Virus record (IMG/VR): IMGVR_UViG_3300029258_002326
Span: 32,001-96,000 of that record
DNA from: a virus
Lineage: Duplodnaviria; Caudoviricetes
Strand: one strand, 5' to 3'
DNA length: 64,000 nucleotides
Part shown: in pieces, positions 54,861 to 64,000 of the stretch
How the letters are laid out: each line of letters begins with the position of its first letter
Numbering within the stretch: position 1 is the stretch's first letter
Translations under genes and position numbers: made by a program
The notes under the pieces: generated by a model
Seen by the model: only the letters and a program-made list of their open reading frames with translations
Told to the model about the DNA's origin: nothing
The model's database searches: none

Positions 54861-57125
54861 ATGACGACTGATCCATATAATCCACTTGTTCAAGATCTTG
54901 TTCCGCTGAACAAGGTGAAGTATGCGGCTCGTGATTACCCTAGTATTTTCGACTCGTTGCTGCGGCGTATCAAGATTGAATACGGAGACGTGTACAATGA
55001 TTACGCGACCACCACTCAAGGGATTATGTTCCTGGAGCTGATGGCGTTCGCCGCGCAGGAGATCCAGTGGTATCTCGACAGAACTGCGAGTGATTGCTTC
55101 CTGGGGACGGCTAGGACTCGTTCCGCTGTTGCTCGGCTGGTTAGCCAGATTGGGTACAAGATGCGACCGGCAGCGGCGTCTAGCACGACGTTGACGCTCA
55201 CATTCCCGGATGGGACGACTGGCCCATTTACGATGCCTGCGAGGTGGAGGTTTCAAGGGCCAGACGGTCTCGTGTTTGAGAGTTATGCGGAGTTCTCTCA
55301 GCCTACGGCGCTCGGTGCCGGTGCAGAGATCGAGATCCCGGTGCGCCAGGGTCAAACGAGGCTTCTGTCGTACACTGGGGACGGAACGAAGAACCAAAGC
55401 TACCGCATGACTAATGCCGATACTGAAAAGTACGTGGCTAACGGTGCTGTGGATGTATGGGTTGACGGGGCTCTTTGGACAGAGAACGAATTCCTAGAGT
55501 ACGAGAAGACCAATCAGTACGAGGTTGCCTATAACTACGACCCGCCTATCGTCCAATTTGGCGACGGGATTGCTGGGAATGTCCCTCCAGATACTTCGGA
55601 CGTCAAAATACGGTTTATTATCATCGATGGAGAGAAGGGGAACGTAAAGTCGGGGACCATAGCCTCCTCTATTGATACGCTCATTGTCGGTGGTTCGGCT
55701 GTCACGTTCACGGTGAATAACGAAGTCGGATCTACAGGTGGAACTGAGCCAGAAACTGCGGACAGTGCCCGCAAAATTGCTCCGTTCTCGTTCGCTGCTC
55801 GTGGTGCGGCGATTACAGAGACTGACTATGAGGCTCTTGCGAACAGTTACACCGATTCAACCTACGGTTCAGTTGCTAAGTCTTATGCGTACAACCCTCG
55901 CGGTCCACATGAGGATGCGGAGTTCAACGGTCTTATCGAGGACGTAAAAGAGGATCTGACTGACAACACCGTTAGCATGACGGCCAAGGAGACAGCGGCG
56001 GCAACCACAGCGGCGGAGATTTCGACCCCGATAGCCGGGTTAGAAACCGATGCGACCAATGCTGAGTCGATACGCGCAGACTTGGTTTCCCAGATAGGCA
56101 CAGCGAAGACTCAGTGCACTACCGCATCGTCGAGTTCAACCAGTTCAGAGTCCAGCTCTGCGTTGGCCGGAACTAACTGTGACGATGCCACGACGCTGAT
56201 AAACAGTGTAATTGCATACGTGGAGGCGGTAGGGGCAGCTGCTCCAACGTGGACCTCATCTCATGTTACGGAGATAACGGACAATCTGAATTCCGCTCTT
56301 AGTTCTATTGCTTCGGCCAGTAGCAACTCTACGAACGCCAGGACGGCGTCTGGAGCGGCGGCTTCGGCACTTGGTACTGCGATCAATGATTACCTAGCTC
56401 CTGCGCTGGACAGCGTGGAGAACGCGGCTCCTGTGTCTCCTGCGTTCACCCTGCCGACGATCATTGCGTCCATGACCTCGAATACTGCGTCCATAGAGAC
56501 TTCTGTCGAGGGAACGGGCGGGCTCCAGGATCAGCTTTCGACCATGGAGGGGGAGGCGTCCGCGCTCGACACATCTGTGAATTTGGTCCTTACGGATATG
56601 CACGACAGGATCGGGAGGCTGTTCTCGGACGACTGCCAGAGCAACTACGTCCAAGTTCCTATCCTTGGATTGGATGTGGACGGCAACTACTCTGCTCCTT
56701 CGGTCGGTTTGATGGTCGGGCTCCAGTCCCATTTGAACAGCATCAAGGAAGTTACTCAGAATGTTGAGGTGATAGACGGAAGCGCATCGCTGGTTCCTGT
56801 CGACATTGAGATGACTCTTGTCGTCAATAAGGACGCCTACAAAGAGGCGGAGGTTGTATCCGATGTCGTGGCGACGATCCTGGGGATGCTCAAGGGCCGG
56901 GATTTCAATTCCCCCTTGTACCTGTCTGATCTGTACAAAAACGTCAGGATCACATCTGACGGAATAACGAGGGTAAACATTGAAATAACAGGTCCGATTG
57001 TCTCTCCTTCCGTGTTTGACACAGAGGGCAACGTCGTGCCTGGAGAGAACAAAATCATCAACTACGGATCGCTAATAATCAGAGATGAAGATGGTATCGT
57101 TCTGTATCCCGCTTCACCTGCTTAA
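54861..57125 (+). CDS. Baseplate wedge protein (gp6/J-like) with a helical insertion
   Basis: RDY.SI, LELMAF, FL.TA..R, IGYK, QFGDGIAG..P, GGTEPET, AITETDYEAL. Confidence 0.9.
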   Translation: MTTDPYNPLVQDLVPLNKVKYAARDYPSIFDSLLRRIKIEYGDVYNDYATTTQGIMFLELMAFAAQEIQWYLDRTASDCFLGTARTRSAVARLVSQIGYKMRPAAASSTTLTLTFPDGTTGPFTMPARWRFQGPDGLVFESYAEFSQPTALGAGAEIEIPVRQGQTRLLSYTGDGTKNQSYRMTNADTEKYVANGAVDVWVDGALWTENEFLEYEKTNQYEVAYNYDPPIVQFGDGIAGNVPPDTSDVKIRFIIIDGEKGNVKSGTIASSIDTLIVGGSAVTFTVNNEVGSTGGTEPETADSARKIAPFSFAARGAAITETDYEALANSYTDSTYGSVAKSYAYNPRGPHEDAEFNGLIEDVKEDLTDNTVSMTAKETAAATTAAEISTPIAGLETDATNAESIRADLVSQIGTAKTQCTTASSSSTSSESSSALAGTNCDDATTLINSVIAYVEAVGAAAPTWTSSHVTEITDNLNSALSSIASASSNSTNARTASGAAASALGTAINDYLAPALDSVENAAPVSPAFTLPTIIASMTSNTASIETSVEGTGGLQDQLSTMEGEASALDTSVNLVLTDMHDRIGRLFSDDCQSNYVQVPILGLDVDGNYSAPSVGLMVGLQSHLNSIKEVTQNVEVIDGSASLVPVDIEMTLVVNKDAYKEAEVVSDVVATILGMLKGRDFNSPLYLSDLYKNVRITSDGITRVNIEITGPIVSPSVFDTEGNVVPGENKIINYGSLIIRDEDGIVLYPASPA

Positions 57126-57139
57126 TAGGAGAGTTCCAC

Positions 57140-59791
57140 ATGTCGAATGAAGAGACTCCTAGATTCCGATGGCCCTTTCCTGCGTGGAACGCTGACTGGC
57201 AGAAGTGGCAGGATGTATTTGAAGACCTGATTACCAATGTCGATGCAGCAATGTTCTCTGCGGTGGACGGAACTCGTCTGATTTTTAAATCCATTCCGAA
57301 CGCTGAGATCGTCGCGAACGGCCCCGGTTACGACATGGTAATGGATGGCCCTCTGGTGATGCAGTCGAGGGCTCACGGTGTTGAGGTCACGGTACCTGCG
57401 GGCACATACTCTCTGGAGACGTTGGCCGTTGCGGCTCTCACGTCTACTCCGGGGGCGGTGGGTGCCCAGTCTATAGAGTGGGAGATGTTGGAGGGGGGGA
57501 TCAGTTCATCTCCGGACATACTTCCTTTGGGCTATGTGGACGATAGCTACAACATAACCTGGTGGAATGGCGCCCGACTAGTTGCAGGAGCGGGTAATCT
57601 GCCCTTGTTCGGATCGGCGGCTGGAAGCGGCGGGACTCCTGGCGGATCAGACGGCCAGATACAATACAACAACGGCGGGGTGTTCGGCGGCGCGTCGGAG
57701 TTCACATACAACGATTCCACGGACAAGGTTGGGCTTCGTAATACGGCTCCATTTTTTGACATTGATGTGGTTAATCCTGCGAGCGCGGGTGCATCGGTTG
57801 GGGTCCGGACATATCACGACTCTGCAAGTCCTGGTTTGCTGTGCGTAAGATCTCGCGGAACTGCGGCGGCGCGAACGGCTGTTCAGAGTGGGGATATACT
57901 AGGCTCTCTCAACTTCATGGGGTTTCATGGCTCGTCTGATTTCAGCGTCCACAATCCTGTGGCTATCATGGCCGAGGCGGTCGAGAACTTTACCGCAGGA
58001 GCTGGGGGTACAGACCTCGCTCTGTTCACGTGTCCTGTTGGAGGAACGATAGCTACAAGGAGGGTCACTGTCACAGCCGAAGGCGACCTGGACATGTATT
58101 CAGGCGCTATCAGCGTTCAGTCTTACAATGGGACAGCTATTGCCGGTGCGATCGAATGGGACGGGAGCAACTTCCGAGGGTACGACGGTGCAAGTTGGGT
58201 GAATTTAGACAGTGCTGGAGGCGGCGGAGACGGAGAAGTCTACATAAACGACATCGTTCCGAACGGAGGCGGGAACGTGGGAACGAAGGTTTATACGACC
58301 GGTTCCGACGATAAAATTCTTGAGTCTTGTGTGTCGGACGATTCCAGTTTGAGGGTGTACGTTATCGCCCTGATAGGGCCGAGCAATCTCAGGCCGTCTG
58401 TTACCGTTAATGGCACGGCTGTGGGCAACTGGGACTACACTGCGTATCAAGACGACAACCGGGTTCTGTTCCGTGGGTACGCGGACATCACCTTAGTGGG
58501 GACAACCGTGACTGCTACTCATGAGGATGGATCAACTGCTTCGTGCACGGTGGCCGAGGACGTTAAGCCTGTTATCAGCACATTAGTGTTTGCGAATGGC
58601 TACCCTGGATCTCAAACCGAGCTTAAAGCCGGTGATGAATTCGACATAAGCGTCACAGCTGATCTGGCGTTTGTGGAGGTCGAAGTAGAGGACTCCGGAG
58701 CGTGCGATTCGCAGAGTGAGGTGGTTGCTTCAACCACGAATACGACGATCACTTCGGTTATAGCTGATCGAGGGACGACGAACGTAGCCAGGCCCGCACG
58801 CGTGAGGGTTAAGAAGTCCACGGGGACTTGGAGCGACTGGGTCTACACGAATGCAGGTGGGTCTGTTGACGGAATAAATCTGGTCAACTGCAACAACTTG
58901 TATCCTTCCGTGGAGGCCATGACGCAGGTGTCGATCACGTATCCCGCTACGCAAGAAGCGATCAAGGATTCGGAGACGGTGTCTGTTCATTGTACCTGTA
59001 GTGACTACGACACGATTGCTTACTCTTCACCGAACAGCGATTTGAGCATTCCTAGTTCAACCACTTACGTGGAGGACAAGACAGGGATCTCCAGGATCGC
59101 CGGAAGTTACAATCTGACCACTACGAACTACAGGGTGTCCTGTAATCGAGCAGCCAACGACGCTGATACAGTGGAAGACTTGGTTGTCTATGTTGCTCAC
59201 GTTGCGGCTACTGTAACCATGAGTGAGGCGTCAAGGCTGCGTACAGGTGGTACAAATGGAACCACAACTCAGGGCCATACCATAACCTTGACAGCCAATC
59301 AGGAGCTTCGGATAGCACCTACGATTGCCGCTCCAAGTGCTAATGGTGGAACGTGGGATGGATTGTTCACCGGGGGTCCTCTCGTTTGGACGAGGACATT
59401 GCAGTGTCACGATACGGACGACACTCCTGGAACTTACACATACCAGGCTTTGAGCGCATACAATTTGGCGAACATCGAGACGACTTCTTACACGGGGGAC
59501 TCGAACTACGTGATCGGTGGATTCGTGAGTAGAGTGATCGCGCTGGCGGCGTTTGCGAACGAGGCCACGTTTACGGCCAAGGTTGCTGATTATGCAAAAT
59601 GCACGTTGACGTGGACTGTTAAGTCGTTGCCCAACAAGCGGGCGTTCAATACGACTACGACGCCGGATGCTAACAGTTGGTGTCTAGCTGGGACACTTGG
59701 GGTATCGCCGACTACGGCCAGGATCTTGGACACGGCAGCGGCCAGTTCTTCATCCGATGAGACATCCCTAACAATTGAAGAGACCATCTAG
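57140..59791 (+). CDS. Tail fibre/baseplate-attached structural protein
   Basis: TPRFRWPFP N-terminus, PGGSDGQIQYN, RSRGT...VQSGD.LG; C-half paralogous to ORF 16570. Confidence 0.75.
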   Translation: MSNEETPRFRWPFPAWNADWQKWQDVFEDLITNVDAAMFSAVDGTRLIFKSIPNAEIVANGPGYDMVMDGPLVMQSRAHGVEVTVPAGTYSLETLAVAALTSTPGAVGAQSIEWEMLEGGISSSPDILPLGYVDDSYNITWWNGARLVAGAGNLPLFGSAAGSGGTPGGSDGQIQYNNGGVFGGASEFTYNDSTDKVGLRNTAPFFDIDVVNPASAGASVGVRTYHDSASPGLLCVRSRGTAAARTAVQSGDILGSLNFMGFHGSSDFSVHNPVAIMAEAVENFTAGAGGTDLALFTCPVGGTIATRRVTVTAEGDLDMYSGAISVQSYNGTAIAGAIEWDGSNFRGYDGASWVNLDSAGGGGDGEVYINDIVPNGGGNVGTKVYTTGSDDKILESCVSDDSSLRVYVIALIGPSNLRPSVTVNGTAVGNWDYTAYQDDNRVLFRGYADITLVGTTVTATHEDGSTASCTVAEDVKPVISTLVFANGYPGSQTELKAGDEFDISVTADLAFVEVEVEDSGACDSQSEVVASTTNTTITSVIADRGTTNVARPARVRVKKSTGTWSDWVYTNAGGSVDGINLVNCNNLYPSVEAMTQVSITYPATQEAIKDSETVSVHCTCSDYDTIAYSSPNSDLSIPSSTTYVEDKTGISRIAGSYNLTTTNYRVSCNRAANDADTVEDLVVYVAHVAATVTMSEASRLRTGGTNGTTTQGHTITLTANQELRIAPTIAAPSANGGTWDGLFTGGPLVWTRTLQCHDTDDTPGTYTYQALSAYNLANIETTSYTGDSNYVIGGFVSRVIALAAFANEATFTAKVADYAKCTLTWTVKSLPNKRAFNTTTTPDANSWCLAGTLGVSPTTARILDTAAASSSSDETSLTIEETI

Positions 59792-59815
59792 GTAGATTAA
59801 CGCGGAGGAAATCTC

Positions 59816-62800
59816 ATGGCCGATGCCAGTTCGAACCAGTTTGAGATCGAAAGAAGACAAATAACCTGGAGCCCATTAACAACATTGAATGATGGGATTA
59901 CCGCGCTAACGTGGGACGCAGATCCGAATACGGTGGTTCCCGGCAACAGCGATGGTGAGGATTGGTTGTACGGCCTCCCTATAGGGCATCTCTATAAGCA
60001 GTCTGACGCGACGCTGTGGTGGAAGACTGGATCGCCGAATACGTGGCAGCAGGTTGGGGTTGGGGATGTCACAGGGGATGAGATTATATCCTCCGATGTC
60101 ACCTACTATGTAGACGGGACTGATGGAGACGACGCTGACGACGGGCTTTCATGGGGCAACGCCTGGAAGACTCTTTCTAGATTATGCACGAGGGATGCAA
60201 ATCATATCCCACGCATTCTGGCTGCGGATGTAGTGGTCAACGTCAAGAACACCACGTACTCGATTGGAACCGAGTATCATCTTCTCGCGGACTCGTTTGT
60301 GGGCGCTGGCGGTTCTCTTACTATTGTTGGGGAGCTTACCGAGGTGGAGGCTGATCTTATCCCGACGGGCTGGGATAATACGACATCTTCGGCGACCTTT
60401 GCGACCTACGTAGATGCGTCGGCTGAGTCATGGACAACAGATGAGCACCGAGGGCATTTTCTTGAATTTACCACTGGTCACACGTCTGGTGTTTACTACC
60501 CAATTACACGAAACACAGCGACTCGACTTGAGTGTGTGAATCTTCCGGTTCTTTCAGGGACGGACAGGTTTAGGATTGTTTCGATGCCTAAGCTCAGGGC
60601 AGCTCAAGTGTCTACTCCGGGGACGTTGCTTGAGTATACTGCTCCCCATTTTGGCGCTGCGTTCGTGACCGAGAATTGCACGGCGCCGATCGTGTTCAAG
60701 CATTTGGACATGTGGGAAGTCGATGACGCCTATGGTTTCATCATGGGTTCAAGGGCGTATTTTGCCTCTGACAAACTGAATCCAATTGCGGGATATTCAA
60801 CAGTCCAGAACGAGGTCAGAGAAGTAAACCAAACTCCAGGGTATTGCATTGAATGTAATATGCCTCCTGGGTTCACCAATACGGATAACTGGCAGTTCAT
60901 TCGGTGCAATTTCAATATCGACAATTGGAACTCGATCAATGTTCGTGCGGGTTGTTCCGACATCAATGTTTTAGGCTGCATCTTTGACGGGGACTTGGCG
61001 GATGGCTGGGGTATTTACGTCTACGACGATGTATCCCTTGTTGTCAGTGCTACGAGGTTCAAGGATCAGACCCATGGGATCATCTCGGCGGGTCGATGTT
61101 CTGTTCGAGTCTTTTACGCCACTTATTTCGAGAACGTTACGAACGCAATAGCTCCCATGGGGTCCCTGATCGATATGTCGGCGTTGCAAGATGTCGGCTC
61201 AGGGGTCCGGTTCAAAAATGTTACTAATGCAGTGAACCTCGTTGGCAATACGCTTCTGGTGACGTCCGATGGAGATTTCGGGGCGATAACTGACACGGTG
61301 ACCAACGAGATCGTGTTGGCGAATGATCCGTCTGTGATCACTGCTGATTTCGCCGATGTTGTTGCAGAACAGAGGATCTCGAACGCTGCGAGTGGATCGG
61401 CTGTAATCTACGTAGACAGTTCAGATTATGTACCAAAGGGTAAATCTGAGTACGACAACACATCCTCTGGCCTGACTGCTACGAACTACCAGGACGCTAT
61501 TGACGAGATAGACACCACGGTAACTGGGGCGACGTTAAATGCGGACACTTCCTTGGCCGGTAATGGGTACTTCCTGGATGAGGACAATATGGCCTCTGAC
61601 GATGCCACGAAAGTCGCATCGCAGCAGTCCATCGTAGCGTATGTTGGCTCTGTGGTTGCTAGTGCCAAGGCATACAAGGGCGGGTATAACGCGGATACGA
61701 ATACTCCTGACCTGGATGTCTCCCCTAGTTCATCGATTGAAATCGGAGATGTGTACGACGTAACTGTTGCCGGAACCTTCTTTACGATTGATGTCGAGAT
61801 TGGCGACATGCTTACCGCAAAGCAGGATGCTCCGACCACGGCAGCGCACTGGGTGATCACGCAGGCTAATTTGTCTGCTGCGAGTATCAAGACGCAGTAC
61901 GAGTCCAACTCTGACACGAACGCATACACGGACGCCGAGAAAACCAAGGTCGGCCACATTTCGGTAACCCAGGCTGTTGACCTCGACGCTATCGAAACAG
62001 CGGTCGGTCTCAACACGGCTAAAGTCACGAATGCGACCCATACGGGGGACGTAACCGGTGATGGAGCGCTGACCATTGCTGCGGGCGCAGTCGACATTGC
62101 GATGCTGAGCGCATCCGGAACTCCAGGCGCAACCACATTCCTGCGTGGTGACAACACGTGGTCCGTTCCAGCCGGGGCCGGTGATGTTTCCAAGGTCGGG
62201 ACTCCTGTAGATAATCAAGTTGGCGTATGGACCGGGGACGGAACCATTGAAGGGGACACTGATCTCACGTTCGATGGTAGTAACCTAAGTGTCGGTGGAA
62301 ATATTGTTGTTGGCGGTACGGTAGACGGGATCGATATTGGAACCGATGTGGCTGCCAATACGTTGAAAGTCACAAACGCTACGCATACAGGTGATGTGAC
62401 CGGGGACGGTGCGCTCACTATAGCTGCCGACGCTGTTACTTACGCGAAGATGCAGAACGTTGTAGCGGATGAGAGAATCCTGGGTAACGTCGCAGGGGCA
62501 GGTGAGCCGGTTGTTGAATTAACAGCGACCCAGGTCAGGGCTATGATCAATGTGGCGGATGGTGCCACAGCGGTAACGGTCAGCGACATTGCTTACAACG
62601 CTACGAGCTGGAATGCCAATACCGATGCTGCGTCCAAGAATGCGATCCGGGACAAGATCGAGATAATGGATACGGCCATCGGGCTCAATACCGCTAAAAC
62701 TACCAACGCGACTCACACGGGAGACGCGACTGGTTCTGGGGCTCTAACGCTGGCTAACGCTGCCATTACTGGCAAGGGCACCGTCACAGCGGACGGTGCT

Positions 62801-64000
62801 GATTACGTGTTATTGAGCGACACAAGTGACAGTGGAAACCTAAAGAAAGCGCTCGTGAGTGACCTTGGGGGCAGTGGGGATGTAACCAAGGTCGGAACGC
62901 CAGCAAATAATCAGATTGGTGTTTGGACCGGTGACGGGACTATCGAAGGCGACGCTGACTTTGTCTGGGATGGGACAAATGAAGCCTTGGGGATCGGGAC
63001 CTCTAATCCAGCAGCATCTCTTTTCATTTCGAGAGAGGACGCGAATGCGTCTGATATTATCCTCCAGAACACAAACAACACTGGAGAACACGGCAGCCTT
63101 TCCTTCTCTCGTGGAAGGGGCACAGAGGCGTCTCCCCTGGCAGTGGAAACCGGGGACAACCTTGGCGTTATAAGTTGGGCAGGCGTCGAAGCAGATGGCA
63201 CGGGGAACCGGAAAGGGTCCGCTTACATCTACGGTGTTGCAGAGGGTGACTGGAGCACAAATATCCGCCCAACATACCTGTCGTTCCGCACGTCCTCTTC
63301 GACCGTTAGCGATCTCGGGGTTGAGAGACTCAGGATCACGGGAAACGGACGAGTATCGACTGGGAACACGGCATCTCCTGATGTTGATCCTGGCGGACTG
63401 ACATTGCAGCAAGGGACAGGGGATCTGAAGATTCTGACCCTTAAAAGCTCGGACGTTTCGCATCCGTTCACGGGATCCGAAGAGGCCGATACGTATGGAT
63501 CGTTCAATAAGTGGAACGGGACGCTGGGTGGCGTCCAGCTTACAGGTTGTGCCTCTACAGGAAACGAAGTAGGGGTGAACTTAAGTTCGCGAGTTCAGAC
63601 CCCTTCGACAACTACAACTACCTCCTCTCGCGGTGGCGTTCATCTAATGTCTCGCAAGTCCGACGGCGGTACTGGTTCGGCGACCATGGGGAATACGGAT
63701 AACGTGTTCTCTGTTGCCAAGGGAACAGCAGCTGGCTCGACTACGCTGATCATCCAAGGCTCTGGAGACATTTATCAGACAGCGGGAGGACACAAACTCT
63801 CTAGTTGGGTAAATACCAATGTTGCAGGAGCTATCGAATGGGACGGTAGTAATTTCCGTGGGTACGACGGCGCAAGCTGGGTCAACCTGGACAATACAGG
63901 GACAGGGAGCGGAGACGTCACCAAGGTTGGAACACCCGTAAATAACCAGGTGGGCGTCTGGACCGGTGACGGAACTATCGAAGGCGACGCTAATCTGTAT
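59816..64000 (+). CDS. Long tail fibre/spike protein, 3' truncated (absent from the ORF track)
   Basis: ATG 59816 after GGAGG. Contains YYVDGTDGDDADDGLSWGNAWKTL (beta-helix cap), YDNTSSGLTATNYQDAIDE, and three GDVxKVGTPxxNQxGVWTGDGTIEGD repeats. Spot-checked translation shows no stop. Confidence 0.8.
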   Translation, partial: MADASSNQFEIERRQITWSPLTTLNDGITALTWDADPNTVVPGNSDGEDWLYGLPIGHLYKQSDATLWWKTGSPNTWQQVGVGDVTGDEIISSDVTYYVDGTDGDDADDGLSWGNAWKTLSRLCTRDANHIPRILAADVVVNVKNTTYSIGTEYHLLADSFVGAGGSLTIVGELTEVEADLIPTGWDNTTSSATFATYVDASAESWTTDEHRGHFLEFTTGHTSGVYYPITRNTATRLECVNLPVLSGTDRFRIVSMPKLRAAQVSTPGTLLEYTAPHFGAAFVTENCTAPIVFKHLDMWEVDDAYGFIMGSRAYFASDKLNPIAGYSTVQNEVREVNQTPGYCIECNMPPGFTNTDNWQFIRCNFNIDNWNSINVRAGCSDINVLGCIFDGDLADGWGIYVYDDVSLVVSATRFKDQTHGIISAGRCSVRVFYATYFENVTNAIAPMGSLIDMSALQDVGSGVRFKNVTNAVNLVGNTLLVTSDGDFGAITDTVTNEIVLANDPSVITADFADVVAEQRISNAASGSAVIYVDSSDYVPKGKSEYDNTSSGLTATNYQDAIDEIDTTVTGATLNADTSLAGNGYFLDEDNMASDDATKVASQQSIVAYVGSVVASAKAYKGGYNADTNTPDLDVSPSSSIEIGDVYDVTVAGTFFTIDVEIGDMLTAKQDAPTTAAHWVITQANLSAASIKTQYESNSDTNAYTDAEKTKVGHISVTQAVDLDAIETAVGLNTAKVTNATHTGDVTGDGALTIAAGAVDIAMLSASGTPGATTFLRGDNTWSVPAGAGDVSKVGTPVDNQVGVWTGDGTIEGDTDLTFDGSNLSVGGNIVVGGTVDGIDIGTDVAANTLKVTNATHTGDVTGDGALTIAADAVTYAKMQNVVADERILGNVAGAGEPVVELTATQVRAMINVADGATAVTVSDIAYNATSWNANTDAASKNAIRDKIEIMDTAIGLNTAKTTNATHTGDATGSGALTLANAAITGKGTVTADGADYVLLSDTSDSGNLKKALVSDLGGSGDVTKVGTPANNQIGVWTGDGTIEGDADFVWDGTNEALGIGTSNPAASLFISREDANASDIILQNTNNTGEHGSLSFSRGRGTEASPLAVETGDNLGVISWAGVEADGTGNRKGSAYIYGVAEGDWSTNIRPTYLSFRTSSSTVSDLGVERLRITGNGRVSTGNTASPDVDPGGLTLQQGTGDLKILTLKSSDVSHPFTGSEEADTYGSFNKWNGTLGGVQLTGCASTGNEVGVNLSSRVQTPSTTTTTSSRGGVHLMSRKSDGGTGSATMGNTDNVFSVAKGTAAGSTTLIIQGSGDIYQTAGGHKLSSWVNTNVAGAIEWDGSNFRGYDGASWVNLDNTGTGSGDVTKVGTPVNNQVGVWTGDGTIEGDANLY

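Noticed and set aside
216-63702. Many minus-strand and alternate-frame ORFs of 60-290 aa
   Set aside because: They are antisense shadows of + strand genes, with no RBS or recognisable motifs.
1-64000. Stop-codon reassignment, tRNA genes, CRISPR arrays
   Set aside because: TAG, TAA and TGA all end tightly packed genes in the standard code, and no cloverleaf or repeat-spacer array was seen by eye.

Overview
This window is the virion-morphogenesis region of a large contractile-tailed (myovirus-type, T4-like gene order) bacteriophage. Almost all genes are on the + strand, use the standard code and have Shine-Dalgarno sites. A peptidoglycan amidase and a sigma70-type promoter point to a bacterial host. 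Gene order: terminase large subunit (5' truncated, 2 inteins), portal (intein with HNH), prohead core proteins, prohead protease/scaffold, major capsid, neck proteins, about 12 kb of head/collar fibre genes, tail terminator, sheath, free-standing nuclease, two tail-tube paralogues (one intein-split), about 9 kb of putative internal-head, lysis and peptidase genes, tail chaperone, tape measure, baseplate, and tail fibres (last ORF 3' truncated). Five signals stand out. (1) A repeat-containing PD-(D/E)XK nuclease gene is overprinted in another frame inside the first terminase intein, with both frames open for more than 1.3 kb. (2) A 14-bp interrupted palindrome CGAAC-TTGA-GTTCG occurs 8 times exactly, in both orientations, many copies about 8 kb apart. 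(3) A textbook -1 frameshift signal in a head core gene adds a Lys/Arg-rich tail. (4) An intein interrupts a tail-tube protein. (5) A two-gene module is duplicated between the head-fibre and tail-fibre regions. All product calls come from motif recognition and synteny, not database searches.
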